This document shows, in pieces, positions 37,501-49,909 of a stretch of DNA of 64,000 nt. Position numbers and translations under genes: made by a program. How positions within the stretch are numbered: the stretch's first letter is position 1; the number at the start of each line of letters is the position of its first letter. This stretch comes from Bilabrum cf. latius (Eukaryota). Location of the stretch: assembly GCA_965178125.1 (NCBI GenBank), contig OZ237767.1:434001-498000 (forward strand), read 5' to 3'. The notes below the pieces were generated by a model, which was not told the DNA's origin, ran no database searches, and saw only the letters and a list, made by a program, of their open reading frames with translations.

Positions 37501-40500
37501 CTGCTTGCCCAGCTAAGGGAACACGGCGTGCGGTCCGTGGCGGAATCGACGGCCGGGCTGTGCATCGAAGAGGCAGACGTGGACCACGACCACAGGCTGT
37601 CCCACGATGAATTCGTCAAGTGGTACACTGGGGGCGAGGGCGAGGCCGAGAGGGCAGAAGCAGCGCGCAGGATTGCGTTGCGGAGGCCCTCTGGCCGCGA
37701 CCTGTTCGCCATCACTGAGCGTGCCATCGAGCACGTGAGCGTCAGCGACGCTGAGCACGAGGCAAGGGAGGTGACCCGTCTGGGCGAGATGACGGTGCGG
37801 CAGGTGTACGAAGCGTGTCTCCCACACATGGTGTAGGATGGGTCTCCGCGCTCGGGCAAGCCCAAGATGTACATATCCAGGCAGGGCTTCCAGAAGGCAG
37901 GGGAGACGTTTGCGCCTGCCCAGGCCACTGCCGAGGAGACCTCGAGGAGGAGGGTGGTCCTGAACAGGCTGTACGACGCAATGGACCGTAACGAAGACGG
38001 CCGGCTGGACCAGGCGGAGCTGATGGCCGGCCTGTCCACGCTGTGCGGCGGAGACCCCGCCTCGAAGCTGCGGGCCACGTTCGAGATGTTTGACGAGGAC
38101 GGGGACAACCTGATCGAGCTGGGCGAGCTGATCACCTACCTCCGCTCCGTATACGCGGTCATGTTCCAGATCAACAATGACGCGAAGCTCGCGGCTAGCG
38201 GGCACACACCCGACGAGCTGGCGAGACAGGCCGCGGCGCAGGCCTTCGTGCAGGCCGGTCTGCCCACCGTGAACCGCCCCGGGCTGGGCCTCACGCTCGC
38301 TCAGTTCGCTGCTTGGGCCGAGTCCCAGGCCATGCCCCTGGTGGACGACCTGAGGGAGGCGGAGGCACAGCTGGAGGGTACTGCTGCCGGTGCGGCGGCG
38401 GGCGGGCAGTAGACCAGTTCCAAGGCGCTTTCTGACATTGGCACCATCGATCAGGTGAGGCAGCTGACCCAGCTGGCAGGCGTGGGGATCGGGGAGGTGG
38501 CAGGGAGGCTCATGCGGGTGGGGCGCGCGGGGTCCTTCGACGGGGAGGCGCACCTGTCCAAGCCGGTCTTCGTTCAGACGATTGCGGACGTGCTCGGGGC
38601 ATCGGTGGGCGGCGGGCATCACGCGCGGGAGGTGCTTGGGCGGCTGTTTGAGCTGTGCGACAAGGATTCGAATGGGTCTTGTTCCCTTGCCGAGCTCGTG
38701 GCCGGCCTGTCCGTGCTGTGCGGCGGGGATTAGCACGAGAAAGTGGCCGTTCTGTTCCGCTTGTTCGATGCCAACGGCGATGGGTTCCTGTCTAGGGACG
38801 AGGTGCGGCGGTACATCGGGGCAGTGCTGCGCGTCATGACAGACGCCAGACAGGACGGGGAGGCCGCTGCTGCCTCTGCGAGCGTGGGGGGTCTCACGGT
38901 GTCGGACGCAGACGCGGTTTCAGATGCCACCACGGAGCAGTGCTTTTTGGCTGCAGATACCAACCGGGACGGAAAGCTCTCTCTGGAGGAGTTCGCCACC
39001 TGGATGCAGGCGGGAAGCTAGAGGTCAGCCGGTACAGAAGGACAGGACGAGGGCGAGGAGAATGGCAGCGGCAGTCGCCGGGATCAGGCTAGAGGAGGGG
39101 CTGCAGGGCGTCAAGAAGCCGCCCCTGCCGCAGCTGGGACTGTTGCTGGGGCTGCTGCTCTCGATACCAAGCCTGCCCCGCTGGCTGATCTCCCTCAGTG
39201 CTTCCGCCTGTAGGGAGCCGTCCCTGAGCAGCTGTGGGAGCGCATCGCAGCTGCGTGCCTGGAGGACGCCACTGTGGGTGCCCTTGAGTACAGCCGGGTC
39301 ATGGATAGCCTCGCCACGGCGGAGGCAAAGGGGCAGCCGGGGCGCTGGCTGGCCGCGGGGGAGGCCATGTGGGGCCTCTTCGATCTCGTGAGGGCCCTCC
39401 CAGCGGTCGGGCCTGGCAGCGAGCGGAAAGGGTCAGGCGCGGAGGGCGACGAGGAGCAGGATGAGGAGGGCTCCAGGGGCGCGCCCAGGAATGCGCCGTT
39501 CGAGCGCCTTGCTTGTTCCCTGGCCTTGCTGTGCGCCGGTGGGGATGCCCGGAAGGCGCTGGCTGGCTGTTTCCAGCTGATGGACGTGGACAGCAGCGGG
39601 AGGCTGGACGTGCCTGAGAGCCTTGAGGCGATGCGGGCCATTCTGCGGACTGCCGCGGCGGTGGGGTACAGCCCCCTCGCGGAGTTGGTGGCGGAGCAGC
39701 GCACTCAAGAGGAGGAGCAAGAGGCCGAGGACGAGGAGGAGAGCGTGGGTGACGCAGTGGCGAGGATAGCTGCGTAGGCAGACAGGACTGCGCTTCGAGC
39801 GGTAGAGGGACTCTTCGGCTGGCTCAAGAGCGAGAGGTCCGGCGTGGGCGCTGCGGACGATCAGGGCCGCGTGGGCCTGACCTTCAAGCACCTGGACGAT
39901 TTCTTTGCGAGCGTGGAGAGTATCACCACGGCTGCGGCCGGGAGCAGGTAGGCCGGGGCAGGTGCGGGTGCCAGTGCGCCGATCCTGCTGCAGGGCAGGC
40001 GGGCCAATGGCGGCGTCCCAGCAGCATCTGGGGCGGGCAACGATGCCAACCAAGAGGACGTAAGCAACCAAGGAGCGGATGGCGGTCTTGCGCCCGTGCC
40101 CAGCCCCCGCGGCAAGCCGCTTGGCACTAGGATGGAACAGGCAGGCGTACTGGCTCTGCAGCAGGCGGCGCTGGCCACGGGCCTGGCGCGCGTGCGGGGG
40201 CGGAACCTCCTTTCTGCCCTTGCGGAAGAGGCCCACGAGGACACGGCGCTCGTGTCGTGCTCAGGGTACCTCAGGGCGCTCAGGTCCGCGAGGAGGACCG
40301 CAGCAGAGGAGAGGGGTGAGGGCGAGGGCGAGGGCGAGGGCGAGAGCGGTGGCGGTCCGCTGACCAATGCAGAGCGGCGCGTGGCGCTGCTGGTCTGGGA
40401 GGCAGCCACGGAGGGTTCCGGCTCCGAGGCCAAGCAGGGAACGGCGGAGTCTGGCGGGCGGGAGCCCGCAGTGGTGTCGCGGATGGCGCATTTCGACTCG

Positions 40501-43500
40501 CTGGCCGCGTCACTGTCCGTGCTGTGCGGGGTGGGGGGCGGGGAGGAGGCCGCCCGTGTGGCCTGCTACCTGACCAGGGAGGACCCGGAATCGATTCCGG
40601 ACGACGATGAGGAAGAGGGTGTCGGCGGGGCGCTCGTTGCCTTCAGCGTGGAGGGACTCGAGCTGGATCGCCTCCGGCTGCAGGCTCCTGCGGTCCGGTG
40701 GTACCTAGTGGCGGCGATGCGGGTGCTGCTGGCGGTCTCTAAGCGTCTTCGTCTGGCCGGCGGTGGCAGGGGCGTGGAAGACCTGGCGAGCCGGGCTGCC
40801 CTCTCTGCCCTCCGCAGCTCCGAAGATGTTTCTGTGAGCGGGTTCGGGAGGTGGATTGAGAGCTCCGGGGCGGTGGCCATGCCAGTGCGGTAGGAAGACT
40901 CTGGCGATGATGGAGTAGATGGTGAGGATGTGGAGGTAGATGAGGAGCGCGCAGGTGCGGCTTCCTAGCCCTAGGATCTCGGTGAACCGGAGCTGCTTCC
41001 GCTTGCTGGCTTGCCATCCAGCACGCGAGACGCCGTGCGTGCAGTGGGACTCGACGGCGTAAGGCGGGTATCAGGACTGCTGTCCCTGGCGCCCATGGAC
41101 GTAGCCAAGGCGGTGGCATAGGGGGAGTCCGATGGAGCCGTGGGCCAGTGGGCATTCCAGGACTGCGCGCATCAAATCGCGGTGCAGGCTGTGCGCACGG
41201 GTGGCATCGTGGATCGGCAGCTGGGCATGGTGACGTCAGTGCTTAAGGAGCTGTACACCGTGATCAGCGGAGGGGAGGAGGAAGCCGATTTCTCCGTGCT
41301 GGCGAGCTGTCTGGCGCTGCTGTCCGGGGGCGGCCGGGGAGGATTGCGGGAGGCGGTGCAGGTGGTGTGTGCCACGCTGCGTGACGACGACGTGGACTCT
41401 AACCTGGTGGATCAGAGCTTCGCCGAGATGCTCCTAGAGGCTATCGTGAGGGTCTTTGACGCGTGCGGGTTCGATGCCTGGAGCGGGGCGGCGGAAGCTA
41501 CTCTGCGGCGGGAGGGGGCGCGGTCTCTTGCGCGGGCTTGCGTGTCTCAGCTGCTGCCGAGGGGGAGGGACACGACCGGTGCGGTGCTGGAGCAGATTCA
41601 GATGGGGCATGCAAACCTGCTGGGCGCTCTAGAGAGCCTCGGGCTGCACTGGGCATTCGGTGCCGATGAGGCGGAGGAACAGCTAGCTGGCAGCGATGGC
41701 GAGGTGGACGAGTTCGGGGCGGGGCAGGACCGGGATGAGGCGCAGAGGCGACTGGAGAAAGCCAGAGACGCCGCCTCTGTCCCCACCCTGATGACACCGC
41801 CGACTGTCCCGGGCGGCGGACCTGCGGGCGCTGCCCCTGGCATGTCTTTAGCTCGTGCGGCGGACCTCACCAACCTGCTCCACTTTGAGCTGCAGGACGT
41901 GCTGCCCGTCTTCCAGCAGGCGGAGGACGAGGAGGGGCGCATCTCCAGGAGAGCGTTCCATGCCGTAATGAGGTCGTTTGGGAGCCTCGGGGCGGATCAA
42001 GAGGACGCTGCCATGGCCAGAGAGGCTGCCGATCGGCTGTTCCGGGCGTTCGACCGCAACGGGGACGGTGTGGTGGACAACATGGAGCTGTAGGCGGGGC
42101 TGGCGGCCGTGTGCGGGGGGCCTAGCGATGCCAGAGTGCGGCTGGCCTTCGAGACGATAGACAGGGACGGGTCGGGCGGGCTTTCTTTCGAGGAACTGTC
42201 TCTCTTCCTCTCGGCCTACCTTGCTGCTGTGGAGGCCGTCAGCGACAGCCCTGCTTCACCCACCGGTGGAGCCGGGGAGGATGCTCGGGCTAGCGGCCTT
42301 GACATGGCGCGGCAGGCTGGTTAGAGCCTTGCACGCCGCGTGTTTGCCCACTGCGAGGTGGACAGGCACGGCGAGGTATCTCTGGGGCAGTTCGAGACGT
42401 GGTACCGCCGCGCCATGCCGGGCGTGTCCCAGTCGTCGGCGATTTCATCGTCCTATCCCGCCGGTGCGGCCGCTCAAGCCGCGAAGGAGGAGGAGGGTGA
42501 CGCCCTCAGGGAGCTGGTGGTGACTGCAGGGGCAGAGACCCCGCTGGCCATCACTCTCGCGGAGGTGAGAGAGGTGACCGGCATTGGGCGGGTGGGTCCC
42601 GCGGACGCGATCCACTGCCTTGCCCAGGCGTCGGACGGTGAGGGTGCTTTGACGAGGGAGGCTTTCGTGGGGGCCATGGCACGGGTGGCCTCCAGGGCTG
42701 GCACGCGGATGTCCTCCTCACTGCAGGCCAAGAGGTTCGGCATCCTGGCCGCTAGGATCTTCGAGGCGTTCACGGGGGGCTCGTGCGGACCCGACCGGGC
42801 CAGCTTCGATGACGCCGCGGTGGGCATCTCGTTCCTCTCGAGGGGGGACGCCGAGGAGCGTGCCAGCTGTGCATTCCAGGTGATTGACGCTGACGGGAAC
42901 GGGCAGCTGGACGTGCACGAGCTCACCTCGATGTTCGCGGCCGTCCTGAGGCTGGCATACCACCTTGAGCCCTCCGTGCGGCAGGTTGCCATGGGCCTGC
43001 CTGCCTCCCGACTGGCCGAGGCTTCCGCTCTCTCTGCACTGAGGGAGGCAGGGGGCCCAGGGGCAAGGTTCATGTCCTATGCACAGTTCAAGGAGTTCTG
43101 GTCGGCGGGCAGCGCAGGCGGGCTCGGTGGGGTGTCGCCTCCGCTGCGAGAGGCCAGCGGGAAGGGACCTGCCGGGGGGAGGAGCGGAGGGGGCTCTTCC
43201 AGTGGTAGGAGAGCCGGGGCTGGCGAATCGTCTTCTGGTGCGTCATGGGGCGGCAGTTCTGGATCTGGGGCGGCGGGTGGCCCGGGCAGGGGCAGCGGTG
43301 CGGCGCCAATGGACGGGTCTGGCGCAGGAGACGACGATGGTCACGGCGAGGGTGACGGTCGGGATGGTCGTGGAGGTGGAGACGGAGGAGCGATGGCTGG
43401 GTCGGGTGCATCGCACGGTGGTGAGCGACCCTGCCGCAGGCTCGGCGACACGCTCGCCACGGTGCGAAAATCGGCCCGGCTCACAGGGTTGGACGCCACG

Positions 43501-44766
43501 GGTGTGATCTACACCCTCCGCAGGTTCGCAAGGATCGATGGGGAGTACATCGGCGACCGAACGGACGGGTCGGCGGCCGGTGCTGTGCCCGTGGCGAATA
43601 GTGCGACCATTCTGGCAGACGATTTCCCTGAGGCTTATCACACCATGCTGGACATGCAAGGGGTGCCCATGGAGGACCCCGCCCGGCAGGACGAGCACGT
43701 GCTGGCCGTGCTGGATTTGCTCGACACTGACGGCAACAAAGAGCTAGACTTTGTGGAGGTGGCCGCGGGTGCCTCCTTGCTGTCCGGTGGGGAGCAGGGC
43801 GAGAACCTGGAAGCGATTTTCTCGTGCTACGACATCGATGGGGACGGCTTCATCGAACCCAAAGAAGCCGAGATGTACTTTGCTGCGGTCTACAGGGTTG
43901 TCTTCGCCGCCGACCCTACCGCATCTAGGAGGGCAGGGACAGACCCGGTTCGCCTGGCGAAGGGAAGCACCGCCCGAATGTTTGCGGAGGCGGATCTGAA
44001 CGATGACGGCAAGTTATCGAGGAGCGAGTTCTATGCATGGGTCCTTGATGAGGATGCCAGTCCCTCGGGGGCTCCTGCGGGGGGCGCCGGTGCAGGGTCA
44101 GGTGCTGCATCTGGTGCAGGTGCAGGTGCAGGTGCGGGCGCGGGCGCGGGTGCAGGGGAAGAGAGAAGGTCCGATGCAGCCCTCGGCGTGGAGGCTGTTC
44201 GCAGCGCTCTGGGCCTGGCCGGGGTGGAGGTGCAGGAGGCTTTCGAGATATTCAGGGAGAAATCCAAGGACGGTAGGCTGGCGCTGCCGGACTTCTTGCG
44301 GGCACTGGAGCTGATCGTGCGGCTGGGGGGCGGTACCTTCAGGGGAAGGGACCTTGTGGACCTGGCGCAGCGAATGTTCCGGTCCATGGACACCAACGGG
44401 GATGGCTGGCTGGACTACCTGGAGCTCTGCTCAGGTTTCTCCGTGTATCTGGAGGCGGGCGGGGCTGAGGCAAAGATCAGGGCTGCCTTCGTGCTCTTTG
44501 ACTCGAGCGGGGACGGGGCCATCAACAGGGATGAGCTCGTGGTGTACCTGAGGGCGCTCTTCCAGCAGGCCTTCGCGGCGGGGGACGCAGCGAGGGTGAC
44601 TGGCGTGTCGGCGCAGCGGCTGGCCGAGGCCACGGCGACTGACGTGTTCGCTCGGCGGGACCTGGAGCACAACGGGAAGCTGAGCTACAGGGAGTTCCAC
44701 AACTTTGTTTCCTCGTACGACGTGGCGAGCGCGATGGCTGACAGGCACGGGACCGAGTCCGTGTGA
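34597..44766 (+). CDS. Giant multi-EF-hand (recoverin/calcineurin-B-like modules) calcium-binding protein, ~3270 aa; exons 34597-34673, 34832-35082, 35273-44766
   Basis: Many DxxxDG loops (DTNDDDQVD, DYDGDSFVT, DANRDGKLS, DRNEDGRLD, DIDGDGFIE, DTNGDGWLD). GTGAG..CAG introns at 34674-34831 and 35083-35272; splicing the second rebuilds LFDYDGD. The 9.5-kb exon is interrupted only by TAG and ends TGATGA. Confidence 0.9.
36506..36873 (+). repeat. Coding tandem repeat, 138 bp (46 aa) x ~2.7
   Basis: RQDSANTEDYEAMEQMAADAEEARRATEAHMR repeated; GACTCTGCC at 36511, 36649 and 36787. Confidence 0.95.
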
Positions 44767-44952
44767 TGAGCGCTATAGGCACTTCGTGGGCGGGCATATA
44801 TGCAGTGGACTAGTGCCACCACACTGGGCACTGTGCAATTTGCACAGTCCTTTGGAACGATGTCTTTGTAATGAGACTTTCTTGACTTGCTTTCATTTCA
44901 GCCTTTTGCAGCACGGTGGGTGACGCCGGGGAAATCAGAAATACCGCCCACC

Positions 44953-45885
44953 TCAGTGGATGCCATCCGGACCTGTTGGATCTGCCGCCTCAGACCCTTT
45001 GCCTCTGTCACCTTCAGCCAGCGACCCGGCCTACGCTCCAGCCCTCATGCTGCCAGAGCTGGCGGCGCTCCCACCACCAGAGCCGCTGCCCAATGACTCC
45101 TCGGATCCCCGGACCGCAGCAACGATCGCCGCCGCGCTGGCTGGGGTGGTGACCCGGTACCTGAACTCGCCCTCGGGAGTGTTGGTCCTCTCCCCGCCCA
45201 TGTACACGGGGCGATCAGGCCGGCAGACGCAGGGGGACTCGACAGTCTCTCGGGCGGATGCGTGCACTTCGTCAGGCCTTGCGAGCCGAATCACTTCTCG
45301 AACGTTCGCTGCACTGATTCCTGCGGCGGCAACAATTAAGAAGCGCCCGCCCGCCCGCTCCTTGATCTCGCGCAAACGAGCTGCTCCATCCAAAGCACTT
45401 GCTGCGCACCCAGAGGTTAGCAGGCGCTCACACCCCAGACTGGCAACTGCGTCCACAGCCCGCTTCCAGTCGCGGCAAGTATCAAATGCCCTGTGAAATG
45501 TAAATGGAAGCGGTCTAGCCGCGTCAATCAGCCTCTTTGTAGCCGCCTCGTCCACGTCACTCTCGGGTGTCAACACGCCAGACACGATTCCGCACGCTCC
45601 CGCATCCTTGGCTGCCTCAATATCTGCGACCATACATGTTAGCTCTGCTTCGCTGTACACGAAATCTCCGGGTCGGGGCCTGATCAAAACGAAGAGCTTC
45701 GTGCTCCCGCTCGCTAGTTCAGTCGCCGCGCCTCGAATGAGTCCAACCGAAGGCGACAGGCCTCCTTCCATCAGTGCCGCACAGAGCTCTACTCTAGACG
45801 CTTTTGAAAAACTTGCAGACGCAACTGATTCCAGCCTTTCGCAGCATATTTCAATCTTGCATGGGTCGGATGCAACACCAGCCAT
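44953..45885 (-). CDS. CUTC: Copper homeostasis protein CutC homolog
   Basis: IEICC, RVELCAALMEGGLSPS, VLIRPRPGDFVYS, TFHRAFD, LLTSG, EVHAS. With TAG=Gln the tail runs past 45031 to TGA 44953-44955. Confidence 0.93.
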
Positions 45886-46099
45886 CGAAGCCCCCAGTGG
45901 TGGCCGCTAGATTTTTGGATGAACCAGTGCACTCAGATGTGATATTATAACATGCACATGTGTCCTATGTCACCAGGTTCTTCGCAGTGCTGTATAAAAT
46001 ATTAGGTTGCACCCAGTCTTTTTGTAAGGTGTGGATTCGGTGGATCGCGCGCGAAAAATTCCGGTTCAGAATAACCCCACGGCATCTTCCATAGTATCC

Positions 46100-46666
46100 A
46101 TGTCTATGTTTCCATCGGTTAAGAAGAGAATAGTTACATCTGGAGAGCCGCAAAAATTCAGAGCAATCGATGCCAGTGCCGGTGCATCAGAAGGGAAAGC
46201 CCACGAATCTTCAACTGCAACTGCCGATGAATCTTATGGACCACAGTCCTTCTACAAAGCTGCCGTGGGATACAAGTTGCGTGGATAGATTGAGCTGAGC
46301 GGACCGCAGTAGATGGCTTTGAATCATATCCTAGGGACACATGAGATCCCTGACGACTTCGAGGCAAACAAGGCAGCGTACGGCCCTCTGGCGGGTACGT
46401 CATGGGAAGAACGGGTATTGTAGTGCTACTATGATGGTACATTACCGCTCAAGGCGGGTGTAAAATCTCGCGGGGAATGGATTTGTTCCAGCTGCGGCAA
46501 GGGCGGTCACAAGCCACGAAACTGCCACGCCAGCCTTGGAACCATGGCCGGGTGGTCTGGAGGGATGCCGCTGGCAGAGACTGACGGAATGTACTAGGAG
46601 GAAAGTTCATTAAAAGATTCTTCCGGTGGTGCAGCAGTGGGATCGTCGGGATCAGGGGGGCTGTGA
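46100..46666 (+). CDS. Small CCHC zinc-knuckle protein, ~188 aa (hidden by 4 TAGs)
   Basis: Reading through TAG 46286 gives HEIPDDFEANKAAYGPLAGTSWEERVLQCYYDGTL and CSSCGKGGHKPRNC (CX2CX4HX4C); ends TGA 46664-46666. Confidence 0.75.
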
Positions 46667-47333
46667 GTCGGTCAGTGGTGGGGTGGTGCAGCTTTAGAAG
46701 TCTACAGACTCTACTGGTGGACAGACGGGGTGCAGCGACAGGGACAGCCAGCCTGAGTGCAGTGCATCAGGAGCTCGATTCAATTCTAAATGATTGAAAC
46801 GTGCAGACAGGCTTCATTTCTCAGCATTGCTTGCTTCCGGTCCACAGAATAATTGAGACACACCCACTTGCGCAGCGTGCCGGGCCAGCGGGCCATACTG
46901 CTGGCGGCTCGGCAGCCGCCCCCCAACGCGTACCACAGAGCCAACAAAACGGCAGGCTTAGACCATAGTGTTCACACCGAGTTCCCAATGTTTGGAGAGA
47001 TGCAGAGACTCTGGACCGCGGGATCGCATGTCGACTACGCTAACAAATCGAAGATACACCTCCAGTTGCCGGTGGTGGTGAAAGGTCGGACTCTACAGCG
47101 CGGGTGCCGTGCAAGGAGCGCTAGCACGCATGGAATTCACGGTAAGTTTCCTAAGCCGTTGAACGCGTACGTACTCGACAGGACAGGCAACGACACCTAA
47201 TGGACCCCATTCGCACTCACTGGCAGGCTGAGCGGTGCAGTGCAAAACCGGAACAGTAGCCATGGGTGCGGTCCACTGGCAGATCTGTCCACTGGTGGCA
47301 AACCCACACAATTTTCAAACGGCCAAAATAAGC

Positions 47334-48411
47334 ATGCGATCCATCGGCTCAACTATTGCTACAGCGATCCTTACTGCCGGCATCTCTACTTGGGCGGCTC
47401 CCGACGAGTCCTGGTGCGCCTGGATCGCAAGCGAGCTGCCGTCCGAATGCCACCTTCGGTCGGACTGCATGGGCCTTGACTGCTCCGTTGACTTGTTCTA
47501 CATCGACACCATCGGATTTGGTGCGCAATTGAACCTGTGCAACGACCCTGTGAGTTTGATTTGGTGCTGCTGACGTGCTTTTGCACGTGCGGGCGTAGGC
47601 TTGGGAGTCTTCACCCAAGAGTTCCGGGTCACTAGGCTACATCCATGCCGTCTCTTCGGCGGAAAAATCGCTAGCGAATTATTTCATATGTAGATTAATT
47701 TCAATTGAGCGTCTGCTTGGAGTTAGAATGAAGAGCTTGTATCCGGTACGACTTGCGCACCACACCACGGCCGCAAGCCCATCTTGAAATTGACCTTGAG
47801 ACCTCCTGCCCCCTTGTCCAAGCACACCTTTGAGCCAAGATTTTATTCCCTTTTTGCAGATCGGCGCGTGCGCCCACGTGAACGAGTCGGATCTGGGAAT
47901 CAACTACGGCTGCAGCCTCACTGGGCAGGACCAGTTCCCCATCCCTGGCTTCTCCATCGACGTGCCGATCATCGGCGAGGTCGGAGTGGAGCTCACGAGC
48001 GACATCGCTGGCACCAGCAGCGGCATCGACCTGAAGCTGGGCCTGATTGGGTGTGCGGGGAGTGCTCGCAGCCAAGGGCAGCCGGCTTCGTACGGCAACA
48101 ACGGACTGAGGGGTGCCACACCACCACTGCGCGCGTGCGGCGAGGGCCAGTGCGAGGGGCTCACTGAAAACGCCTGGGCCGGCAAGGGATGGCCGCAGGC
48201 GGGCAACGGCCGCGGCCTCCCGGTGAACGGATCCCTCATCCCGGATGGCCCGAACGAGTGCACGGATCCGTGGTGGGTGCTGGACTGGACCATCCCCGAC
48301 TCTGTGCTGCCTTGCGGGGGCGGAGGTTCTAACGATGACAACTCCGGCGGGTCCAACGACGACAACACGTCCTCCACCGATGACAACAACACGTGGCAGC
48401 CAAAGGCCTGA
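47334..48411 (+). CDS. Secreted cysteine-rich protein; exons 47334-47549 and 47860-48411
   Basis: Signal-like MRSIGSTIATAILTAGISTWA; phase-0 intron GTGAGT(47550)...TTTTTGCAG(47859); ends TGA. Confidence 0.7.
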
Positions 48412-48656
48412 GCCTAGGCCCAGCGCTCGACTTGGCCGGCGATGGTTACCTGGCAGGCTAACACTGCAGCACGCCACTGTGTCGCATGCGTGATGCGCGC
48501 AGTTGTGCTATGCAGCAGTGGCCGGCGAGAGGCTGCCAGTGCGTGCAGTCTATGGTGGTGCCACGCAGTGCACCTGCGTCCTGAGGCGTGCGTACTCGTA
48601 GCGGCATATCCAATTCCCTTGAGCTAGTCAACACTCTTTAGTGTCCCGAATTAAAC

Positions 48657-49769
48657 ATGGCACGAACAAATCCACTCACAAAGTTCCTTCACGGCATCGG
48701 GGAGATGATCACGCCCGTTCTGGCGTCGAGTAAATTCGTGGAGAAAGGCGTGATAACGCCGGAAGAGTTCGTTGCAGCTGGAGATCTCCTCTGCGCTAGA
48801 AATCCGTCGTGGTCCTGGCAGCAGGGTGATACAAGCTGTCGAAAATCATCGCTCCCCGACGGCAAGCAGTTCTTGATTACGAGGGGAGTTCCAAGCTTGC
48901 AGCGGGTGAGCGGTTTGGCGGACGCCGTCTCGGATCGCGACACCGGCGATGGATGGGTAGAGACTACCATTTCTTCAGATGTGGCAGTCGAGCGAGCTGG
49001 GGCTCCGTCAGGTGGGTCGGCTGGGCAGGACTCCGCAAAGGCAGCCGGAACGGAAGGCTCAGGGGACGCAGCCATAAGCGCAGATGCCGGTGACTCCAGC
49101 GGCGACAAGATAGAGCAGGATAATCCAGACGGTGGCGAAGATGAGTACGAGGACCTTCTGGACTTTGACGCTGACAACGCGGAATTCGAAGACGCAGATC
49201 CGACCGTCGCGGGGGCGGGCGAAAGCGCCGCATCGGGGGCCGGCGCCGGTGGCGATGGAGAAACAGGCGACTCAATCGGGTTCGAAGTGGTGCGCAGCCG
49301 TCGCTACGATGTCAGCATCACGTACGATTCGTACTACCAGACCCCGCGGGTGTACCTGTCTGGATTGTCCGAGTCCGGGGCTCGGCTGTCACCCGACGAC
49401 ATGATGGCTGACGTGATGCAGGACTACAAGAACAAGACGGTGACGGTTGAAAAACATCCCCACCTCCCCGCAGAGCCGCTGCACGCATCCATTCACCCGT
49501 GCAAGCACGCCGCCGCGATGCTGCGGGTGATTGAGGCCATGGTGGCGGCGGGCACCCCGAAAGAGGCCATCGCCGAGAGAGTGGATGTCTATCTCTTGAT
49601 CTTCCTCAAGTTCATGTCATCCGTGGTGCCCACCATCCAGTTCGACTACACAACAGAAGTTAGGACCGGCCTGCTCGGAGCAAAGAAGGGGGAGGGGGAG
49701 GGGGAGGGGGCCGCGCACAGCGCCTCGGGTGCCGGGGCAGGTGCTGCTGCTGCCGGTGGGAGCACATAA
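48657..49769 (+). CDS. ATG3: Autophagy E2-like enzyme ATG3
   Basis: SKFVEKGVITPEEFVAAGDLL, KQFLITRGVP, RRYDVSITYDSYYQTPRV, catalytic SIHPCKHA, FLKFMSSVVPTIQFDYT; ends TAA. Confidence 0.97.
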   Translation: MARTNPLTKFLHGIGEMITPVLASSKFVEKGVITPEEFVAAGDLLCARNPSWSWQQGDTSCRKSSLPDGKQFLITRGVPSLQRVSGLADAVSDRDTGDGWVETTISSDVAVERAGAPSGGSAGQDSAKAAGTEGSGDAAISADAGDSSGDKIEQDNPDGGEDEYEDLLDFDADNAEFEDADPTVAGAGESAASGAGAGGDGETGDSIGFEVVRSRRYDVSITYDSYYQTPRVYLSGLSESGARLSPDDMMADVMQDYKNKTVTVEKHPHLPAEPLHASIHPCKHAAAMLRVIEAMVAAGTPKEAIAERVDVYLLIFLKFMSSVVPTIQFDYTTEVRTGLLGAKKGEGEGEGAAHSASGAGAGAAAAGGST

Positions 49770-49909
49770 CGAGGAGGAGCACTTGCAGTGGGAATAGAAT
49801 TGAGTCAAACAAATCATCGGGCCTGCAACCATCAATGCTTGGACATTCATGCACCACAAGTACCAATGGACGTTGGTAGACTGTCGCACACGCGTATAGC
49901 ATCACTCGT

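Noticed and set aside
35316-44797. Long antisense ORFs (e.g. 35521-36870, 37513-38736) and similar ones opposite the kinase (60436-61662, 62033-63031)
   Set aside because: Shadows of GC-rich coding sequence on the other strand; no domains.
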